From: Acidobacteriota bacterium
GTDB taxonomy: Bacteria; Acidobacteriota; Terriglobia; Terriglobales; SCQP01
Reading direction: 5' to 3'
Assembly (NCBI GenBank): GCA_027451805.1
Contig: DAIDIF010000216.1
Coordinates: forward strand, 41,583-105,582
DNA length: 64,000 nt
In this document: one piece after another, positions 1-8,772 of the stretch
How the letters are laid out: each line of letters opens with the position of its first letter
Position numbering within the stretch: the stretch's first letter is position 1
Position numbers and translations under genes: made by a program
Notes under the pieces: model-generated
The model's database searches: none
What the model was told of the DNA's origin: nothing
The model's input: the letters and a program-made list of their open reading frames with translations, nothing else

Positions 1-369
1 AATCATGGGATAGGCCAGGCTCAGGTCGAGCTGCAGCGCCGCACTCACCCCGATGGGCGTCACCGCCACCGAGGCCACGTAGTTGTTCTCCGGCAGGCGC
101 TGGGTGAACTCCCCGAAGCCGAGCTGTTCGATGGCCACCACGCTCATTTCGACGTGGGTGCGCAGGTGCGCCCCGAGCACGTGGCCCAGGTTGCGCGCGA
201 AGCCTTCGTGCAGTCCGCCCACCGCGCGCGCCTGGTCGCGGGTGATCTGGCCCGCCTGTCGGAAGTCGCAGCGGTCGAACTGGCGGGTGCGCCGGGTGGG
301 GCCGGTCCGCAGGCCGTGAGCGGCGCGGTAGAGCGCGTCAATCTCGTCCTGATTGAGGTTGCGTTCCAT
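1..369 (-). CDS. fliM: flagellar motor switch protein FliM, N-terminal part (gene runs off the window start)
   Basis: Not in the ORF track because no stop lies inside the window. Minus-strand ATG at 369-367, 3 nt after the fliA stop. Translation MERNLNQDEIDALYRAAHGLRTGP..FDRCDFRQAGQITRDQARAVGGLHEGFARNLGHVLGAHLRTHVEMSVVAIEQLGFGEF fits the FliM N-terminus (LxQxEIDAL peptide, then the FDFRRP../..HE.FAR.. block). Confidence 0.75.
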   Translation of the reverse strand, partial: MERNLNQDEIDALYRAAHGLRTGPTRRTRQFDRCDFRQAGQITRDQARAVGGLHEGFARNLGHVLGAHLRTHVEMSVVAIEQLGFGEFTQRLPENNYVASVAVTPIGVSAALQLDLSLAYPMI

Positions 370-372
370 GGC

Positions 373-1191
373 CTAGCCCAGCAGCGCCGCCGCTCCCGCC
401 GCCCCCGGCGCCTTGCCCGCGACTGCGGCTGCGGGGTTGGCGTGGGGGCCCAGGGTGCTGCGCAGCCGGGTGCGCAACCGCGCCAGCAGCGCGCTGTGAA
501 TCTGCGAAATCCGGCTCTCGCCGATTCCCAGCACCGCCCCCACTTCCTTCATGGTCAGCTCCTCGAAATAGTAGAGGCTGAGGATCTGCTGCTCCCGCTG
601 CGGCAGTTCCGCGATCAGCCGCGCCAGCAGCTCGCGCGACTCGGTCTGCTGGCAGAGCGCGAACGGGTCGGGGTCGGGGCTCACCGCGGTGTCAATCGGC
701 GGCGGCGCGTCGGCGTCGGCCCGCCCGTTGTCCATCTCCAGCCGGTCGAGCGCCGCCAGCAGGCGGTGGTACTCCGCCACCGGCAGCGACAGGGCGGCGC
801 AAATCTCCTCCTCCGTGGGCGCCCGCTTCAGCTTCTCCTGCAGTTCCGCCGCCGCCTCCTGCAGCTCGCGCTTCTGGCGGCGCAACTCGCGCGGGCTCCA
901 GTCCAGCGCGCGCAGGCTGTCCAGAATCGCTCCCCGGATGCGGAAGCGGGCGTAGGTGCCGAGCTGCGCGTTGCGCGCCGGGTCGTACTTGTGGAGCGCG
1001 TCAATCAGGCCCAGGACGCCGGCCTGCACCAAATCCTCCAACAGCACCTGCTGCGGCAGCCGCTCGTGAATCCGGCGCGCGATGTAGCGCACCTGCGGCA
1101 GGTGCTCGAGCAGCAGGCGTTCGCGTTCGGCAGCATCCAGCCCACTGGGGCTTTCGTACTGCACCGCCATGGCGTTGGAAGAGCGCGGCAT
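373..1191 (-). CDS. fliA: flagellar RNA polymerase sigma factor FliA (sigma-28, FliA/WhiG family)
   Basis: 272 aa. Region 2 reads GVLGLIDALHKYDP..FGTYARFRIRGAILDSLRALDWSPRELRR (FliA-type DW.PR signature). Region 4 HTH reads LSLYYFEELTMKEVGAVLGIGESRISQIHS. It sits between flhA and fliM. Confidence 0.85.
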   Translation of the reverse strand: MPRSSNAMAVQYESPSGLDAAERERLLLEHLPQVRYIARRIHERLPQQVLLEDLVQAGVLGLIDALHKYDPARNAQLGTYARFRIRGAILDSLRALDWSPRELRRQKRELQEAAAELQEKLKRAPTEEEICAALSLPVAEYHRLLAALDRLEMDNGRADADAPPPIDTAVSPDPDPFALCQQTESRELLARLIAELPQREQQILSLYYFEELTMKEVGAVLGIGESRISQIHSALLARLRTRLRSTLGPHANPAAAVAGKAPGAAGAAALLG

Positions 1192-1194
1192 AAG

Positions 1195-3306
1195 TTAGGA
1201 CACCATCCCCAGCGAGTGCACTTGCACCTTGGGCGGAATCTCCCCCGGCGACAGCACGTTCAGCCGCGGCCAACTGGCTTCCAGCATGCGGCGCAGGTAG
1301 AAGCGCCCGGGGGAGTTGCACAGGATCACCTGGGGCGCGCCCGCCGACGGGTCGTAGGCGAAACGCTTCAGCCCCTCCAGCACCCGTTTCATCAGGCTGC
1401 CATGCGAACCCGCCGGCGTCGCCGCCTGCGGGTCGAAGTTGCGGCTGATCTCCTCTTCCAGCGGCGGCGCCAGGGTGATCACCTGCAGGGCGCCGTCCTG
1501 GCTGAGCAAGGGCTGGACCAGCGCCCGCCCCAGCGCCTGGCGCGCCGCCTCCACCATGGCCACGGGGCTCTTCTTGGCGTTGCCGGCCTCGATCAGGGCC
1601 TCTAGAATCGTGGGTAGATCGCGGATGGACACGTGCTCTCTTAAAAGTTGCTGAAGAAGTTTTTGCAGCTCACCCAAGCTGAGCAATTTCGGGACCAACT
1701 CCTCCACCAGCTTGGGATGGCTGTCATTGAGGGTGTCGAGCAGGCGCTGCGTCTCCTGCCGGGTGAGCAGCTCGTGGGCGTTCTGGCGGATGAGTTCGGC
1801 GATGTGGGTGGCCATCACCGCGGTCTGGTCCACCACGGCGAAGCCGTCGGCCAGGGCGCGCTCCTGCAGTTGCGGCGCGATCCAGCGCGCCGCCACCCCG
1901 AACGCCGGCTCGCGCGTCTCCTTACCCTCCAGCGCAGGCGCCTGCAGGCCGCTGTGAATGGCCAGCAGGTGGTTCTGGTAGGTCTCGAACCGCCCGATCT
2001 CCACCCCGCGCAGGGAAAACACATACTCCCGCGGCTGGAGCTGGAGGTTGTCGGTGATGTGGATGGAGGGGATGATGAAGCCCAACTGTAGCGCCAGTTG
2101 CTTGCGCAGGGCGCGGATGCGGGGCAGCAGCTTGCCGCCCTGGGCCTCGTCCACCAGCGGCACCAGGGCGTAGCCCACTTCCAGCGCCAGCGGTTCGATC
2201 TTCAGTAGCGGCTCGAGCGCTTCGGTGGTCGCCGTCTTCTCCGCCGCGGTGGCGCCGGCCGCCGCTGGCTTGGCTTTCATCCGGCTGGCGACGAAGGCCA
2301 GGCCGCCGGCGAGCGCCAGAAACGACAGCTTGGGCAGCCCCGGCATCAGCGCCAGCGCGCACAACGCCGCCGCGGCGATCCATAGCGGGCGCGGCTTGGC
2401 CAACAGCTGCAGCCCCAGATCTTCGCCCAGGGTTTGGTCTGAACTTGCGCGCGTGATCACGATCGCGCCCGCCACCGACACCAGCAGCGACGGGATCATG
2501 GTGCACAGTCCATCGCCCACGGTAAGGATGGTGTAGGTCTTGACCGCGTCCAGAAACGCCATGTGGTGCTGGAAGATGCCGATCAGAAAGCCGGCGATGA
2601 TGTTGATGGCGGTGATCAGGATCGTGGCCATCGAGTCGCGCTGGCTGAAGCGGGCGGCGCCGTCCATGGCGCCGTAAAACTCCGACTCGCGCGCGATCGC
2701 CTGGCGCCGCTCGCGCGCCTGGGCTTCGTTGATCAGGCCCGCGTTCAAGTCGGCGTCGATCGCCATCTGCTTGCCGGGCAGGGCATCCAAGGTGAAGCGC
2801 GCGGTCACCTCCGCGGTGCGCACCGCGCCGTGGCTGACCACCAGGTACTGGATCGCGATCAGGGCCAGGAAGATCACGAATCCGACCACGTAATTGCCGC
2901 CCACCACGAACTGGCCGAAGGCTTCAATCACGTGCCCGGCCGCGCCCACCCCCTGCGCACCGTGCAGCAGGATGCGCCGGCTGCTGGCCAGGTTGAGCGA
3001 GAGGCGGAACAGCGTGAGCAGCAGTAGCAGGCTGGGGAAGACGGAAAACTGCACCGGCCGCAGGATCTGTACGGCCACCAGCAGCACCAGCATCGCGCAG
3101 GCGATGCTCAGCGTCAGCAGCAGGTCCAGCACCAGCGCCGGCACCGGCACCAGCATGATGAACACCAGCCCCACCGCCGCCACCGGCAGCGTCCAGTCCA
3201 CCACGCGCAGCGAGCGCCCGTGGGCCGCTGAGGGCGCGACCGCCCCGGCGGGCGCCGGCCCGGCGCCTGCGGGCGCCGGCCTTAGAGATTTCCCATTGCC
3301 AGCCAT
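1195..3306 (-). CDS. flhA: flagellar biosynthesis/export gate protein FlhA
   Basis: 703 aa. N-terminal polytopic membrane domain (FIMLVPVPALVLDLLLTLSI.., FPSLLLLLTLFRLSLNLASSR, FVVGGNYVVGFVIF) followed by a cytoplasmic FlhA-C domain. The true start could be an internal GTG near codon 35, because the N-terminus is long and Ala/Pro-rich. Confidence 0.9.
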   Translation of the reverse strand: MAGNGKSLRPAPAGAGPAPAGAVAPSAAHGRSLRVVDWTLPVAAVGLVFIMLVPVPALVLDLLLTLSIACAMLVLLVAVQILRPVQFSVFPSLLLLLTLFRLSLNLASSRRILLHGAQGVGAAGHVIEAFGQFVVGGNYVVGFVIFLALIAIQYLVVSHGAVRTAEVTARFTLDALPGKQMAIDADLNAGLINEAQARERRQAIARESEFYGAMDGAARFSQRDSMATILITAINIIAGFLIGIFQHHMAFLDAVKTYTILTVGDGLCTMIPSLLVSVAGAIVITRASSDQTLGEDLGLQLLAKPRPLWIAAAALCALALMPGLPKLSFLALAGGLAFVASRMKAKPAAAGATAAEKTATTEALEPLLKIEPLALEVGYALVPLVDEAQGGKLLPRIRALRKQLALQLGFIIPSIHITDNLQLQPREYVFSLRGVEIGRFETYQNHLLAIHSGLQAPALEGKETREPAFGVAARWIAPQLQERALADGFAVVDQTAVMATHIAELIRQNAHELLTRQETQRLLDTLNDSHPKLVEELVPKLLSLGELQKLLQQLLREHVSIRDLPTILEALIEAGNAKKSPVAMVEAARQALGRALVQPLLSQDGALQVITLAPPLEEEISRNFDPQAATPAGSHGSLMKRVLEGLKRFAYDPSAGAPQVILCNSPGRFYLRRMLEASWPRLNVLSPGEIPPKVQVHSLGMVS

Positions 3307-3359
3307 AGCCTCGGCAATGCAGGTGCACGCCGCGGGCCACGCCCGGTCTTAGAGCTTTC

Positions 3360-4841
3360 TTAGTTTTTCGCCGCCGCCAGCTCTCGCGCCAACTCGATCA
3401 AGGTGTAGGTCGGTGCGCCGGTGGGTCCCTTCGGCATCCAGGGCTTGTTCTCCTCGAGCCAGGCGGTGCCGGCGATGTCGAGGTGGATCCAGGGCGTCTC
3501 GCCGACGAAGGCGTGGAGAAACTCGGCCGCGGTGATCGCCCCGCCCCAGCGTCCGCCGGTGTTGAGGATGTCGCCGACGGTGCCCTTGATCTGGTCGGCG
3601 TACTCGGCGTCCAGCGGCAGGCGCCACATCTTCTCCCCGGTGCGCCGCCGCGCCGCCTCGAAGACGGCGTAAAAATCGTCGCGGTTGGCGAAGACCCCGC
3701 CGTGGACATTGCCGAGGGCCACCACCACGGCTCCGGTGAGCGTCGCGGCGTCGATCAGGTGGGTGGCGCCGAGTTGGCGCGCATAGTGCAGCGCGTCGGC
3801 CAAAATCAGCCGCCCTTCCGCATCGGTGTTCAGGATCTCGATGGTTTTGCCCGACATCGCGGTTTGCACGTCGCCCGGCTTCTGCGCCCGCCCGCCGGGC
3901 ATGTTCTCGGTGGCGGGGACGATGGCGATGACGTTGAGCGGCAGCTTGAGCGCGGCGATGGCCTGCATCGCCCCCAGCGTGGCGGCGCCGCCGGCCATGT
4001 CGAACTTCATCAGGTCCATCTTGTCGGCCGGCTTGATCGAGATGCCGCCGCTGTCGAAGGTCACACCCTTGCCGATCAGGCCCAACGTCGGCCCGCCGGC
4101 GGCGCCGCCGCGATGGCGCAGCACCATCATCACCGGCGGCTCGGCGCTGCCCTGGGCCACCGCCAGGAACGCGCCCATGCCGAGCTCGCGGGCCTTCTCC
4201 GCGCCGATGAGCTCGAACTCCAGGCCGCAGGCCTTGGCCATGGCCTGTGCCCGCTGCCCCATGACGGTGGGCGTGAGGCGGTTGCCCGGCTCGTTCGCCA
4301 GCTCGCGCGCGAAGCCCTGCGCGCCGGCCAGGATCGCCGCCTCGCGCGCCGCCGTCTCGGCGGTCTTCTTGTCGGCGTTCGCCGGCAGGATCACCTGCAG
4401 CTTTGCGATCTGCCGCTGCTTGCGCTCGCTTTTGTAGGTGTCGGGATCAAAGTTGGCCGAGTCCACGCCGGTCACGATCGCGCGGATGGCTTCCGCCGGC
4501 GCCAGACCCTCCGGCGCGACTGCCGTCATCTGCTTGATGCCCTTGCCTTTCAGCAGCCGCGCCGCCGCGCCCGCCAGGCGCCACAGCTCCAACGCCCCGA
4601 GCCCCGCCTCGCCGCGTCCGGCGAGCAGCAGCCGCTGCGCTTGCAGGCCCCGCGGGTGGTGCAGCAACCCCAGCTCCAGCGCCTTGCCGCTGAACTCGTC
4701 GTTGGGATACAGGCTGGCCGCCGCGGCGGCCAGCGCCGGGCCGGCCTCCTGCGGCGGCGTCTTGCCCGCGACCACCACCAGCGCTTCGGTTTCCGCCGAG
4801 GCGATTTGCGCCGGCGTCAGGAAGAGAAGTTCGGTGTCCAT
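3360..4841 (-). CDS. pepA: leucyl aminopeptidase (M17 family)
   Basis: 493 aa. M17 signature NTDAEGRLILADAL, plus the metal-ligand context VGKGVTFDSGGISIKP and MKFDMAGGA. Confidence 0.9.
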   Translation of the reverse strand: MDTELLFLTPAQIASAETEALVVVAGKTPPQEAGPALAAAAASLYPNDEFSGKALELGLLHHPRGLQAQRLLLAGRGEAGLGALELWRLAGAAARLLKGKGIKQMTAVAPEGLAPAEAIRAIVTGVDSANFDPDTYKSERKQRQIAKLQVILPANADKKTAETAAREAAILAGAQGFARELANEPGNRLTPTVMGQRAQAMAKACGLEFELIGAEKARELGMGAFLAVAQGSAEPPVMMVLRHRGGAAGGPTLGLIGKGVTFDSGGISIKPADKMDLMKFDMAGGAATLGAMQAIAALKLPLNVIAIVPATENMPGGRAQKPGDVQTAMSGKTIEILNTDAEGRLILADALHYARQLGATHLIDAATLTGAVVVALGNVHGGVFANRDDFYAVFEAARRRTGEKMWRLPLDAEYADQIKGTVGDILNTGGRWGGAITAAEFLHAFVGETPWIHLDIAGTAWLEENKPWMPKGPTGAPTYTLIELARELAAAKN

Positions 4842-4851
4842 AGCAGTCCGT

Positions 4852-5337
4852 TTAGTGCCGCAGGCGCGCTTTCATCGCCTGCCGGGCCTCGGCTTCCGCG
4901 GTGCGGCGGCGTTCGGCCTCGCGCTTATCATAAAGTTGCTTGCCTTTGGCCAGCGCCAACTCGCATTTTACCCGCCCCTGCTTCCAATAGAGGCGCAGCG
5001 GGATCAGCGTCAGCCCTTTTTCCCGCGTCTGCCCCTCCATCCGGTTCAGCTCGGCGCGGTGCAGCAGCAACCGGCGGCTGCGATCAGGCGACTGCAGCGC
5101 GTATCCGGCGTTCTGATAGGGGCTGATGTGGCAGTTGAGCAGCCAGAGCTGGCCCTCACGCAACAGGCCGTAGCTGTCCTTGAGCTGCACCTGGCCGGCG
5201 CGCAGCGACTTCACTTCGCTGCCGGTGAGCTCGAGGCCCGCCTCCCAGTGCTCCAGCAGGTGATAGTTGTGCCGTGCCAGCCGGTTCTCGACGATGGTCT
5301 CGCGCTGTGCCGCTTTGGCCACGCTCCATCGTAGCAA
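4852..5337 (-). CDS. smpB: SsrA-binding protein SmpB
   Basis: 161 aa. IVENRLARHNYHLLEHWEAGLELTGSEVKSLRAGQVQLKDSY and a basic C-terminal tail, typical of SmpB. Confidence 0.9.
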   Translation of the reverse strand: MLRWSVAKAAQRETIVENRLARHNYHLLEHWEAGLELTGSEVKSLRAGQVQLKDSYGLLREGQLWLLNCHISPYQNAGYALQSPDRSRRLLLHRAELNRMEGQTREKGLTLIPLRLYWKQGRVKCELALAKGKQLYDKREAERRRTAEAEARQAMKARLRH

Positions 5338-5449
5338 GGCGGCCCGGCTGGAGCCGGGCCGGTGCGCTTGCGGCTCACCGCCTGACCGCGGACGATTTTC
5401 CAGAACGGCGGGCCGGCTCCGGCGCTCTACCTCTTAAGGCGCGTGTGGT

Positions 5450-7819
5450 ATGCTGGGCCAAAGTTCCAGTGCAGGCCGGGGACTTTCCGGCCCTGATCCC
5501 ACCCGCCGCGGAGAATTCTCGCTTTTGTCGCGAACCTTCCACTACCTCTGCCTCACCGTGCTTGCCCTGGCCGGCGCGTTCAGCCTCGCCGCCACGCCGC
5601 CGCCTTCGGCCTATTATCGGCACGGCCAGATGTCCATGGCGGCCAAGAATTTCGACCAGGCCTACGCCGATTTCAGCTACGCCCTCAAGCTCGATCCCAG
5701 CAACGTGCAATACGAGATTGCGGTCCAACGCGCCCGCTTCTCCGCCGCCAACATGCACATCGCGCGCGGTGCGCAGTACAAGGCGGCCAAGCAGTACCCG
5801 GAGGCGATCGCCGAGTTGAAGCGGGCGATCGCGATTGACCCGGGCAACTTCATCGCGGGCCAGGAGCTGGAGGCGATCCAGGCGCTCCTGCATCCGCCCG
5901 CGCCGGCGCAGGGCCAGCCGGTGGGCGCGGCCGCCGAACGCACGCTGAGCGAGCGTCTCGCCAGCGCCGCCGGCCCGGTGACGCTCGGTCCGGTCGCCGA
6001 CGTGGTGGTGAAGAGCTTCTCGGTGAATACCGACGCCCGCAACGCCTACCTGGCCGCGGGCAAGCTGGCCGGGCTGAACGTCCTCTTCGACGCCTCCAGC
6101 CAGGGCGGGTACTCCAATACCAGCCGCGTCAACCTCGACCTGCACAACATCTCGCTGCTGCAAATCCTGCGGGTGCTCGACGTCGCCACCGACAGCTTCT
6201 ACACGCCCATCACCTCGAATACGATCCTGGTCGCCAACAATAATATGCAGAAGCACCAGGAGGTGGATCAGACCGTCCTCAAGGTCTTCTACATCAAGAA
6301 CGTCCAGCAGCCCACCGACCTCACCGAGTTGGCGCAGGCCATTCGCGGCCTGATGCAGCCGCAGCCGCACATCATGCCGGTGCCCAACATTAATGCTCTC
6401 ATCATGCGCGACACGCCCGACAAGGTCGCCATGGTGCAGCGCATCCTCGACGACCTCGACAAGGCGCCGCCCGAGGTGGTGGTGGACGTGCGCATCCTGC
6501 AGGTCAGCCGCGACCTGGCGCGCGACCTCGGACTGCTGCCGCCCAACAGCTTCAGCATCGGCCTGCAGTCCACCACGCCGAGCACCAGCACCAGCACCAG
6601 CACCACCGGCACCACCACCGGAGCCACGAGCACGCCCACCAACTCGCCCACCCTGAACGAGCTCACGCACCTCAACAGCAACAACTTCTCCGTCACCATC
6701 CCCAACGCCACGCTCAACGCCGTGCTCTCCGACAGCAACACCCATACCATCCAGGAGCCGCAGTTGCGCGCCATTCAGGGTGAAAAGGCAACGCTCAAGA
6801 TCGGCCAGAGGATTCCGGTCGCTACCGGCAGTTTCCAGCCGGGCATCGGCGGCGTCGGCATCAACCCGCTGGTCAACACGCAATTCACCTACCAGGACGT
6901 CGGCGTCAACATCAGCATGACGCCCGAGATTCAGGGCGATACCTCGGTGCTGCTCAAGGAACAGCTCCAAATCTCCAACGTGGACAGCTACAACAATATC
7001 GGCGGCATCCAGCAGCCGGTGATCGGCAATCGCGAGATTGACCACACCATCGAGCTGCAAAACGGCCAGAGCTCGGTGCTGGGCGGGATGATGACGACCA
7101 CCGTCACCCACAACGTCAGCGGCATTCCCGGCTTGAGCGATATCCCGCTGTTCAAGTACCTGTTCTCCAGCACCCACGATGAGACGCAGAAGAGCGAGAT
7201 CCTGATCATCATGACGCCGCACATCGTGCGCAGCCTGCACATCACGCCCGGCGATCTGCGCTCGCTCGATACCGGCACCCAGGACAATATCCGGCTGCGC
7301 GAGCTCCCGCCCGCGGCGCTCACCCATGCGCTTAGCCGCGCGCAAGGACAGGCGCCGGCGGCGGCATCCGCCGGGCCCGTCGCTCCCGTGCCGCCGGCCG
7401 CCGCCGGCCCCGAGCTGGTCTTCGCCCCACCGCAGGTCAGCGCCGCCGCCGGCGCCACGTTTCGCGTTCAGCTCGATCTGCGGAATGTGCGGAACGCCTA
7501 CGCGCTCTCCTTCCAACTCAACTACAATCCCCAAGTCCTCCAGGTCCAAGCCGTGAATCTGGGCGGCTTCCTCTCCCGCGACGGCAAAGCGCCGGCGCTG
7601 GTGCACCGCGAGGACGCGCAGGCCGGCTTCGCCTTGGTGACGCTCAGCCGTCCGCCGAACGTGCCCGGCATCTCGGGCTCGGGCGACGTGCTGACCCTCA
7701 CCTTCCTCGCCAAGGCGCCGGGCCAGTCGCCCTTGACCATCACCCGTCTCGGCGCCCGCGATCCCAGCGGCAACCCGGCGCCGCTGGCCGCCGCCGCCGC
7801 CACCGTCACCGTGCATTGA
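5450..7819 (+). CDS. secretin (GspD/PilQ family) with N-terminal TPR-like repeats and a C-terminal cohesin-like domain
   Basis: 789 aa. Signal-like segment LCLTVLALAGAFSLAA. TPR-like helices (AYADFSYALKLDPSN.., QYPEAIAELKRAIAIDPGNF). Secretin N-domains (ILVANNNMQKHQEVDQ..LKVFYIKNV..INALIMRDTPDKVAMVQRILDDLDK). Secretin core ends in GIPGLSDIPLFKYLFSS..SEILIIMTPHIV. The last 135 aa (nt 7412-7816) follow a cohesin-type pattern. The exact start codon is uncertain. Confidence 0.8.
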   Translation: MLGQSSSAGRGLSGPDPTRRGEFSLLSRTFHYLCLTVLALAGAFSLAATPPPSAYYRHGQMSMAAKNFDQAYADFSYALKLDPSNVQYEIAVQRARFSAANMHIARGAQYKAAKQYPEAIAELKRAIAIDPGNFIAGQELEAIQALLHPPAPAQGQPVGAAAERTLSERLASAAGPVTLGPVADVVVKSFSVNTDARNAYLAAGKLAGLNVLFDASSQGGYSNTSRVNLDLHNISLLQILRVLDVATDSFYTPITSNTILVANNNMQKHQEVDQTVLKVFYIKNVQQPTDLTELAQAIRGLMQPQPHIMPVPNINALIMRDTPDKVAMVQRILDDLDKAPPEVVVDVRILQVSRDLARDLGLLPPNSFSIGLQSTTPSTSTSTSTTGTTTGATSTPTNSPTLNELTHLNSNNFSVTIPNATLNAVLSDSNTHTIQEPQLRAIQGEKATLKIGQRIPVATGSFQPGIGGVGINPLVNTQFTYQDVGVNISMTPEIQGDTSVLLKEQLQISNVDSYNNIGGIQQPVIGNREIDHTIELQNGQSSVLGGMMTTTVTHNVSGIPGLSDIPLFKYLFSSTHDETQKSEILIIMTPHIVRSLHITPGDLRSLDTGTQDNIRLRELPPAALTHALSRAQGQAPAAASAGPVAPVPPAAAGPELVFAPPQVSAAAGATFRVQLDLRNVRNAYALSFQLNYNPQVLQVQAVNLGGFLSRDGKAPALVHREDAQAGFALVTLSRPPNVPGISGSGDVLTLTFLAKAPGQSPLTITRLGARDPSGNPAPLAAAAATVTVH
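6581..6604 (+). repeat. in-frame hexanucleotide tandem repeat (AGCACC)x4 encoding (ST)4 in the secretin linker
   Basis: Direct reading gives agcacc agcacc agcacc agcacc. It lies inside the low-complexity segment TTPSTSTSTSTTGTTTGATSTPTNSPT. Confidence 0.8.
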
Positions 7820-8271
7820 TGGTGTGCCGCCGCCAGTCCGGAATGACGCTGGTCGAGCTCATCGTCGCCACCAGCATCCTGCTCGTCCTCACCACCATGG
7901 CGATCCCGCTGGCCCGCATCACCATCGAGCGTCAGCGGGAACACGCGCTACGCATTGATCTGCGTGAAATGCGCAACGCCATCGACCGTTATAAGGACGC
8001 CGCCGACCGCGGGCTGATCCAGGTGCAGACCGACTCCTTCGGCTACCCGCCGACTCTGCAGACGCTGGTGGACGGCGTGGCCATGGGCACGGAGAAGATT
8101 CGCTTCCTGCGCAGCATCCCCAAGGATCCGTTCACCGACTCCTACGATTGGGGCTTGCGCTCGGTGCAGGACGATCCCGACGCCTCGAGCTGGGGCGGGC
8201 AGGACGTTTTCGACGTCTACACCACCAGCAATGCCACCGCGCTCGACGGCACCAAGGTGGATACATGGTGA
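7816..8271 (+). CDS. type II secretion/type IV pilus-type pseudopilin (GspG-like, prepilin N-terminal cleavage/methylation domain)
   Basis: 151 aa. Class III signal MMVCRRQSG|MTLVELIVATSILLVLTTMAIP with Glu at +5. GspG-like body (MRNAIDRYKD.., FGYPPTLQTLVDG.., IPKDPFT). The start overlaps the secretin stop by 4 nt. Confidence 0.75.
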   Translation: MMVCRRQSGMTLVELIVATSILLVLTTMAIPLARITIERQREHALRIDLREMRNAIDRYKDAADRGLIQVQTDSFGYPPTLQTLVDGVAMGTEKIRFLRSIPKDPFTDSYDWGLRSVQDDPDASSWGGQDVFDVYTTSNATALDGTKVDTW

Positions 8272-8696
8272 CCCTTCAGCGCCGCCTCCAGACCCTGCGC
8301 GCGCGGCATGCCCGCAGCTTGGGCTTCACCCTGATCGAGATGATCATGGTGATCGCCATCATCGGCATCCTGCTGGCGCTTGCCGTGCCCAACTACCGCA
8401 CCACGTTGCAGTCGGCGCGCGAAGCGGTGCTGCGCGACGACTTGTTTCAACTGCGCTCGCTCATCAACCAGTACACGCTCGACAAACAGCAGGCGCCGCA
8501 GTCGCTGCAGGATCTCGTCTCCGCCGGCTACCTGCGCCAGATTCCGGTGGATCCGTTCACCAACTCCTCCAGCACTTGGCAAACCGAGAGCAGTGACACC
8601 CTCATGTCGCCCGATCAGACTGGGGGCGGCATCATCGACGTCCACAGCGGCGCCAGCGGTGTCGGCCTTGACGGCACCCCCTACAGCAGTTGGTGA
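8265..8696 (+). CDS. second GspG-like pseudopilin
   Basis: ORF-track frame 8148..8696 trimmed to the ATG at 8265 (ATGGTGA overlap with the upstream stop). Leader MVTLQRRLQTLRARHARSLG|FTLIEMIMVIAIIGILLALAVP. Body reads LRSLINQYTLDKQQAPQSLQDLVSAGYLRQIPVDPFT. Confidence 0.75.
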   Translation: MVTLQRRLQTLRARHARSLGFTLIEMIMVIAIIGILLALAVPNYRTTLQSAREAVLRDDLFQLRSLINQYTLDKQQAPQSLQDLVSAGYLRQIPVDPFTNSSSTWQTESSDTLMSPDQTGGGIIDVHSGASGVGLDGTPYSSW

Positions 8697-8772
8697 CGCC
8701 TCTCCGCCAACTCCAGCACTCATACAGCCTTCCCATTCCGGCCGGCCTCTAAGCCTTTCAGGTCTCCCTGGA

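Noticed and set aside
3314-3328. Sigma-54-like promoter upstream of flhA. On the minus strand it reads GTGCAC-N5-TTGC, with the spacing of TGGCAC-N5-TTGC.
   Set aside because: The nearly invariant GG of the -24 element is TG here. The -12 element sits only about 10 nt from the annotated ATG, so it would work only if flhA starts at a downstream GTG. This is too weak to call.
4842-5449. Looked for tmRNA (ssrA) next to smpB.
   Set aside because: The flanks of smpB are only 10 nt and 112 nt long, and neither contains a tRNA-like acceptor/T-arm or a tag reading frame. ssrA must be elsewhere.
5375-7816. Very long ORFs antisense to, or out of frame with, recognised genes. Examples: 5375..7816(-) 813 aa opposite the secretin, 18565..20937(-) 790 aa opposite priA, 45789..48026(+) 745 aa opposite accC/accB, 45613..47460(-), 35610..37688(+), 154..1605(+) and 9725..11200(-).
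   Set aside because: Their translations are Arg/Gly/Ala/Pro/His-rich low-complexity strings with no recognisable motifs. Each is fully overlapped by a gene with clear conserved signatures in another frame. Stop codons are rare in GC-rich DNA, so such shadow ORFs are expected.
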